DNA from: Candidatus Woesearchaeota archaeon
GTDB lineage: Archaea > Nanobdellota > Nanobdellia > Woesearchaeales > GW2011-AR9
DNA length: 64,000 bases
Reading direction: 5' to 3'
Assembly (NCBI GenBank): GCA_018302605.1
Contig: JAGVZN010000021.1
Coordinates: 14,157 to 78,156 of the forward strand
In this document: piece by piece, positions 58,673 to 64,000 of the stretch
Numbering within the stretch: position 1 is the first letter of the stretch
Layout: every line of letters begins with the position of its first letter
Notes under the pieces: model-generated
The model's input: the letters and a program-made list of their open reading frames with translations, nothing else
What the model was told of the DNA's origin: nothing
Databases searched by the model: none
Made by a program: the position numbers and the translations under genes

Positions 58673-59185
58673 TCACTTACTTCCCATATAGAAGAACTTC
58701 TCGATAGAGACATCCTGTTCATTATAATTCCCCGAACGGGGATGCTGCATGGTCACATTTGCCTTGCCGGGCTCGGCCATAGGACGGCCGGCTTGCGGCG
58801 CCTCAACGAGGATCTCTTTAGCCGTAGGGATACTCTGATAGCGCAGTTTTGTTTTCAGCGCCTCTAATTCTTTTTCCATGCCGCCCATCTTTTCCTGGAA
58901 ATCTTTGATCGTGGATACCAGAAACTTGGTATTTTTTTCTAAAATATCTTTAATCTGGTCTTGAGAAAGATCCACTGTTGATTCTTGTTCTTTTTTGGGA
59001 GCGGCTTCAGCTCTGACTTCTTTCAGCGTTTCTCGAAGTGAAGTATAACTTTCCGTATCGGTATTACGATAAATCTGTTCGGCTTGGACGACGGCATTTT
59101 CCCTGTCCGTGGCCAGCCCTTTTTTCATCAATTCTACTGCAAGACTATTTATTTTCTGAATTCGCTCAACATCCATACTATCCAC
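58673..59185 (-). CDS. hypothetical coiled-coil protein
   Basis: 170-aa charged helical ORF. Confidence 0.4.
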   Translation of the reverse strand: MDSMDVERIQKINSLAVELMKKGLATDRENAVVQAEQIYRNTDTESYTSLRETLKEVRAEAAPKKEQESTVDLSQDQIKDILEKNTKFLVSTIKDFQEKMGGMEKELEALKTKLRYQSIPTAKEILVEAPQAGRPMAEPGKANVTMQHPRSGNYNEQDVSIEKFFYMGSK

Positions 59186-59288
59186 CTCTTGAATCTGGGC
59201 TTCCGGTAAATGATCGCTCTTATAACCTTTTCGCTAGTGGTGGATATAGATGGGAGAAAGGGGTACGAAAGGGGAATTTCACAGATTT

Positions 59289-59837
59289 TTATTTGTGATC
59301 TCTTATCAGAACAATACCCGTTAATAGGGCATTAGTATCATCCCTATTATACACTTCTCTGGCATCAGCCAATACTTGTTTGCGTAGTTCTGTATTAATA
59401 TGGTGCAAACATTCTGGAGAGATGCGTTGTCTACCCCATTCCAGTCTAAAAGGTCCATCCCTCGCGAGATAATGGGTTTTGGCAGATAAAAATCCGTATA
59501 ACACACCAGCGGCAGTTTGTGTTTTTATTTCTACATCTCTTACAATCCTATAGACCAAAGGAAGCATTTCTGGATCTCTGGTAGTTGTAAGATACGTAAA
59601 TCCATGATCTCCTGGAAGATAATCTTTTGCAAAAGTAATTGCTGCTTGATAAAAATAATCCCATTTTAATCCCCCCTTCTTTTGTGGTCTCAATTTATCT
59701 AATAATTGTCTTCTTACTTCTTCTGCGCGTTGTTCTTTGGGAAAATCTCTTAGCGAAGTAGGCAATCTGCCTCCTTCTTCAAGAAAACGTTCAAATTCTT
59801 CTGCGACAGTTTTTGTTAATAAATTAGCTGAATCCAT
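59289..59837 (-). CDS. hypothetical protein
   Basis: 182-aa ORF. Confidence 0.4.
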
Positions 59838-59906
59838 AACTGGTCAAAAGAAGATGGTCTATTTAAATCTTTCTTGATTTAATCACTTTTAAGTACTCAA
59901 TTATTA

Positions 59907-60044
59907 TCAACACACCAACGGAATCTTAAACGGAAGTACACCAGAAGAGCCCAACCCTACGACAACGACGATCACAATCAGGCCGATAAACAAGCCGACG
60001 ATGAAATACTTGAATTCAATGATGCCCAGCTGTCCACGTTTCAT
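59907..60044 (-). CDS. 45-aa single-TM peptide (paralog 2)
   Basis: MKRGQLGIIEFKYFIVGLFIGLIVIVVVVGLGSSGVLPFKIPLVC; ATG overlaps the TGA of paralog 1 (ccATGAaa). Confidence 0.4.
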   Translation of the reverse strand: MKRGQLGIIEFKYFIVGLFIGLIVIVVVVGLGSSGVLPFKIPLVC

Positions 60045-60202
60045 GGGGCCACCACCGCCGGACAGGCATAAGGAATCGTGAAAGGGATCACTCCCGTTCG
60101 GCCAAGGTAGATCAAGAGAAGACCGATGACGATCCCGATGATTAACCCTACTAAGAAGTACTTGAATTCAATAAATCCCAACTGACCTCTTTTTGCTAAC
60201 AT
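60041..60202 (-). CDS. 53-aa single-TM peptide (paralog 1)
   Basis: MLAKRGQLGFIEFKYFLVGLIIGIVIGLLLIYLGRTGVIPFTIPYACP; tracked ORF extended upstream to 60280. Confidence 0.4.
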   Translation of the reverse strand: MLAKRGQLGFIEFKYFLVGLIIGIVIGLLLIYLGRTGVIPFTIPYACPAVVAP

Positions 60203-60347
60203 CTGGGAAATGTTAAATATTGTAGCTATATAAAGGTTTCTGAGGCGGTGAGGGAATAGCGGAAGGCCGTTTTGGGGCAAAAAACTTATTTTCCAAAAGA
60301 TTTATAAATGATTGCGGAAATTACTATTTAAACTTAACTCTTTGGTG

Positions 60348-61292
60348 ATGGATTCTTTGGCACAGACAATGATGAGAAAAACATTGAAAGAATGTCCGGA
60401 ATGCACAAGTAAGAATATTTTTCGTGACGTGGAAAAAGGAGAAACTATCTGCCGCGACTGCGGCTTAGTCATCGAAGACCGTATGGTCGATTTCTCCCAA
60501 GAATGGCGTGATTTTGAAGAGGATGGCGGCGCCAGCAAACGCCGAACAGGTGCGCCGACATCCCAGACCCAGTTTGATCAAGGTTTAGGAACGGAAGTAG
60601 GAACAACCTCTGATTTTTATAAATTAAGTTCAGATAAAGAGCGCGACCGCTTTTTTCGCTTGCGCAAATGGAATATCCGCATCAGCACGGCAATTGAACG
60701 CAATCTTAAAGTTGCGCTTGCCGAATTGAAACGGGTCAGTTCTTTTTTGCGCCTGCCGCGTTCTGTCGAAGAAGAAGCGGCAACGATCTATCGGCAGGCT
60801 GTGCAAAAAGGATTAGTCAGAGGCAGATCGATGGAATCAGTTATCGCTGGCGCTTTGTACGCAGCGTGCCGCCGGCACGAAATCCCCCGGACATTGGATG
60901 AAATGGGTGAAGCATCGGGCATTGAGAAGAAAGAAATTGGCCGAACCTATCGCTTTGTAACCCGAGAGTTGGGGATCAACATCAAGCCAAGCAATCCCGC
61001 CGATTATATTCCGCGTTTCGCCTCGGCATTGAAATTAAGCCCGGAATCACAATCCAAAGCCGTTGAGATTTTGGAAATGGCGCGTGATATTGAATTGACT
61101 TCTGGTCGTGGCCCAACGGGCATCGCAGCCGCCGCGCTCTATGTCTCTTCGTTAATTCACGGTGAGAAACGCACACAGCGGGAAGTGGCTGATGTTGCCG
61201 GCGTGACGGAAGTGACGATCCGCAACCGTTATAAAGAATTGATCAAGAAACTGAAGTTAGGCAAGAATGTTGAGAAGAGCAAGAGAAGATAA
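60348..61292 (+). CDS. tfb: transcription initiation factor IIB (TFB)
   Basis: N-terminal zinc ribbon CPEC-x15-CRDC; B-reader; two cyclin folds; start taken at MDSLAQT downstream of the TATA-like tttataaat/actatttaaa; tracked ORF starts at 60312. Confidence 0.85.
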   Translation: MDSLAQTMMRKTLKECPECTSKNIFRDVEKGETICRDCGLVIEDRMVDFSQEWRDFEEDGGASKRRTGAPTSQTQFDQGLGTEVGTTSDFYKLSSDKERDRFFRLRKWNIRISTAIERNLKVALAELKRVSSFLRLPRSVEEEAATIYRQAVQKGLVRGRSMESVIAGALYAACRRHEIPRTLDEMGEASGIEKKEIGRTYRFVTRELGINIKPSNPADYIPRFASALKLSPESQSKAVEILEMARDIELTSGRGPTGIAAAALYVSSLIHGEKRTQREVADVAGVTEVTIRNRYKELIKKLKLGKNVEKSKRR

Positions 61293-61330
61293 AGGTTGAT
61301 CCTGTTTTTTATGTCTCTCTTAAATCGGTC

Positions 61331-62344
61331 TCAGAAAAATAACCATTTTGCGAGAAGCGCATACGGAGTCAAGAATCCTGATCCGATGGCAATTGAACCC
61401 AACAATCTCTCTTTCGTTTTGTATCTTCGATAAAAATGATGGAATTCTAATGGATCGCTGTTTAACAATTCCGCATCACCCCAGGCAAGGTCAACGATCT
61501 GCTGATCCTTTGTCCCTTTCTCCAGAAAATGGATGATTTCCAGGACGTGTCCTGCACCAACGGTGATTGTCTTTCGGGGAGCACGATTGTCCCATGCTTT
61601 CAAAAATTCAGCCATGTAGGCTGAGCGTCGCTGGTATGGTGAGTAAGATGTAGGCCGTACTCTTTCGGCAAGTTCCAGATGCAGGTGAATTGGAAGTTCT
61701 GCGAATGGTATTATGGCGAATGGTTCAGATAGTGTTATTGCTTCCAAAGCGGTCAACATTGTTTCCTTCTTTTCTTTTTTTTCTTTTTCTACTCTCCGTT
61801 TTTCTCTTATTTGCGGAATGAATAATGGCAGTAAAGGCAAGACTATTCCATCCGTAAATCCATCCCAAAAAGAACTGTTTACCAAACGCAAATCTCTCTG
61901 TTTTTTCACATAATGATCGGGGATCTCTATTCCCTGCAGATGAGCAAAATGTTTCATGACGTTCTGTTCCCATAACCCAGCCAAAGCCGGAGCAGTATTT
62001 TTTACAATGTGCAGATAAGGTTGAGATGGTTCCTGCTCATGCACTATTCCAAAAACGGTATAGGTTATTCCATCTTTCTCCGTTTCCAGATGGGGAAGCT
62101 GATTTGGGAGAGGCAAATGACTATAATCTTTCCTTAAAAAAATGTAAAGCCTATATTTGAGCCACTCCTCTTTTAAATGTTCCAGCAAAATATCCTCATC
62201 TTTCACGAGATGGCCTGCCTGACCGGCGAGAGTGACAAAATCATCTATTGATACTGCCTGTAATGCCAATTTTGGTAGAGGTTTCATCAGAACATCATTA
62301 CTAGGGGTGATAAGATGGTACCGGCACCCGCAAACGCGGCACAA
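61331..62344 (-). CDS. TraB/GumN-family protein (paralog 2)
   Basis: YTVFGIVHEQEP and RRSAYMAEFL ... ITVGAGHVLEI motifs; paralog of 62287-63195. Confidence 0.45.
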   Translation of the reverse strand: MCRVCGCRYHLITPSNDVLMKPLPKLALQAVSIDDFVTLAGQAGHLVKDEDILLEHLKEEWLKYRLYIFLRKDYSHLPLPNQLPHLETEKDGITYTVFGIVHEQEPSQPYLHIVKNTAPALAGLWEQNVMKHFAHLQGIEIPDHYVKKQRDLRLVNSSFWDGFTDGIVLPLLPLFIPQIREKRRVEKEKKEKKETMLTALEAITLSEPFAIIPFAELPIHLHLELAERVRPTSYSPYQRRSAYMAEFLKAWDNRAPRKTITVGAGHVLEIIHFLEKGTKDQQIVDLAWGDAELLNSDPLEFHHFYRRYKTKERLLGSIAIGSGFLTPYALLAKWLFF

Positions 62345-63195
62345 AAATCACTCAAATATTCTTGATAAGAAATCTGATCACGAGCAAAATGGAATGCGTG
62401 TGGGTCTCTTTTGAAAAATTCATGATGCTCCTGCGCCAGCTCGACGATCCGCTGGTCTTTACAGCCATTCTTTAGGAAATATTCTATTTCGGGAACATGC
62501 CCCTGGCCAACGATAATGTTGGGGGTACTAGACGACCGCCGTAGAAACTCGGCCATATACGCGGAACGCTGTTCTCTCGAATTATACTTGGGAGATGCCT
62601 GGCGATCTTTCAATTGCAGGGCAATTTGGGGTGGGAATGTAAAGTGGAATTCGGGAGGACAAAAAAGAGTCACAAATTCCTGCATTTTTAATCTCTTTTG
62701 TTTTGAATAACATCGAGAAGCTTTATTTATCAATTCGGTTGGCGTAAAGATGATTGTCTGAATGCCATGCCAATATCCTTCGGCTAAAGTCTCTGTCAGC
62801 CAATATTTTGGCGCGGCGTGATCAATGATTTCCGTCGCCGAAGAAATATCAAAATACCTTGCCACATTTTGCTCGGCGAGAAATAATCCTCCTTGTTGGG
62901 CAATGGTACGATGAACAAGGGATACATAATCCGGTGTAGGGGGGTTATAATGGGCTATCCCGTATACTTGATAGATCATTCCCCCAAGATCTATTTCCCG
63001 GCAGGGTAATGTTTCAGGAAGCATCCTCCCTGAATAATCTTTTGAAATCTGTCTTTTCCTTTCGGCTAACCATTCTTTTTTGACTTGACGGAGGAACGCT
63101 TCTTCAGTAGTAATCTCGATTCCTGCAGTTTCTGCTTCACAGAGTAATTCTTCTAATGTTCCGGTCCGTAACGCCAATTCAACAATCTTTTCCAT
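62287..63195 (-). CDS. TraB/GumN-family protein (paralog 1)
   Basis: YQVYGIAHYNPP and REQRSAYMAEFL ... IIVGQGHVPEI motifs. Confidence 0.45.
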   Translation of the reverse strand: MEKIVELALRTGTLEELLCEAETAGIEITTEEAFLRQVKKEWLAERKRQISKDYSGRMLPETLPCREIDLGGMIYQVYGIAHYNPPTPDYVSLVHRTIAQQGGLFLAEQNVARYFDISSATEIIDHAAPKYWLTETLAEGYWHGIQTIIFTPTELINKASRCYSKQKRLKMQEFVTLFCPPEFHFTFPPQIALQLKDRQASPKYNSREQRSAYMAEFLRRSSSTPNIIVGQGHVPEIEYFLKNGCKDQRIVELAQEHHEFFKRDPHAFHFARDQISYQEYLSDFCAAFAGAGTILSPLVMMF

Positions 63196-63259
63196 TGATC
63201 ATGTTTTTCACCAATTCTATAAAAACATTCTTATATCAAAAGCGAATTCTCTTTGGTAA

Positions 63260-64000
63260 TGCAGCTTACTCCAGAACTCAAAGCCCAAATGGCCGAGCAA
63301 AAGAAACAGTGCGTTTATTGCAAGATCGTCGCTCGGGAAATCCCCGGAAAAATCGTCTTTGAAGACCGCGTTACCATCGGAATCCTGGACATCTATCCGG
63401 CAAAGAAAGGGCATCTTGTCTTCACCCTTAAAGAACATTATCCAATCGTGCCGTTGATCCCGGCTGAAGAATTTGCTCATTTCTTCGGCCTCGCCCCTCA
63501 GTTGAGCAAAGCGCTTCAGTCAGCGATGGTCGCGACCGGCGTAAATCTCTTCATCGCTAACGGCGGCGCGGCAGGGCAGTCCTATCCGCACTTTCTGGGA
63601 CATTTCTTTCCCCGTGATCAAAGAGATGGATTCTTCAACTTCCTGTTCAAGCCGGGGAAAAGCCTGGAAGCAGAGAAAGTAAACGCGGTGCAGCGGCAGT
63701 TATTAGGATTGATGCAGAATTATTTTGCCAAAAATCCGCGATCATGGCACACTGGTTTGGAAGAAATCCCTTCTTTTCTCCAGCAGATTGAAAAAGAAGC
63801 ACCCGTCCTCTATCAGGACGAGAAAGTTCTCTGTGTCCTCCCGCAGAAAAGTGCTGTTCCCGGGCATATCGCCGTGTACAGCAAAAAAGAGGAAAGAGAG
63901 ATCACCAAATTGTCGTCAGAAGACAGCGCGCATCTGTTCTTTGTCGCTTCCTTTGCCGCTTCGGCTTTATTCGACGGTCTGGGCGCACAAGGAACAAATA
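63260..64000 (+). CDS. HIT-family protein with duplicated HIT-like domain; runs off window end
   Basis: MQLTPELKAQ ... CVYCKIVAREIPGKIVFEDRVTIGILDIYPAKKGHLVF ... SYPHFLGHFFPR, then a second VLCVLPQKSAVPGHIAVY module; no stop before 64000. Confidence 0.55.

Noticed and set aside
63217-63480. 87-aa minus-strand ORF
   Set aside because: Overlaps the start of the plus-strand HIT-family gene, which has clear family motifs.

Overview
This 64-kb window reads as an archaeal chromosome segment. It carries a TFIIB-type factor (TFB), a proteasome beta subunit, archaeal LonB, aCPSF1 (KH + beta-CASP RNase), ribosomal protein eS8, a TrmB regulator, AMP phosphorylase, SMC and ScpA, TruD, TrmI, Taw3, a ZPR1 zinc finger and a SET-domain protein. 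TATA-like boxes sit about 25 nt upstream of the tRNAs and of several genes, and some genes also carry GGAGG-like Shine-Dalgarno sequences. No rRNA and no CRISPR array is present.

Four tRNA genes can be folded by eye (Gly-TCC, Arg-TCG, Ser-TGA, Val-TAC). All are interrupted by introns, and three have a second intron at a non-canonical position (D-arm or T-loop).

The window is rich in accessory and non-coding structure:
- Three families of 160-175-bp hairpin-forming elements with terminal inverted repeats and flanking direct repeats (MITE-like), seven copies in total, with no transposase in the window.
- A tandem duplication of the 3' part of tRNA-Val, and a partial duplication of the 5' end of tRNA-Ser.
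- Two AT-rich islets. One (about 8.2-12.7 kb) holds a tyrosine integrase with a C-terminal zinc ribbon plus Cys-rich secreted proteins. The other (about 25.9-28.6 kb, beside tRNA-Ser) holds three genes of unknown function.
- A ClpX-like AAA+ ATPase without the N-terminal zinc-binding domain, followed by an unknown 222-aa protein.
- A MazE/MazF pair.
- Two convergent pairs of tandem paralogs of unknown function (0.7-3.3 kb).
- A conserved archaeal GTPase / DUF2073-like / Zn-ribbon triad bracketed by inverted copies of one repeat family.
- Several giant Cys-rich surface proteins.

Many tracked ORFs are antisense or translate repeats and tRNA genes; these were rejected.
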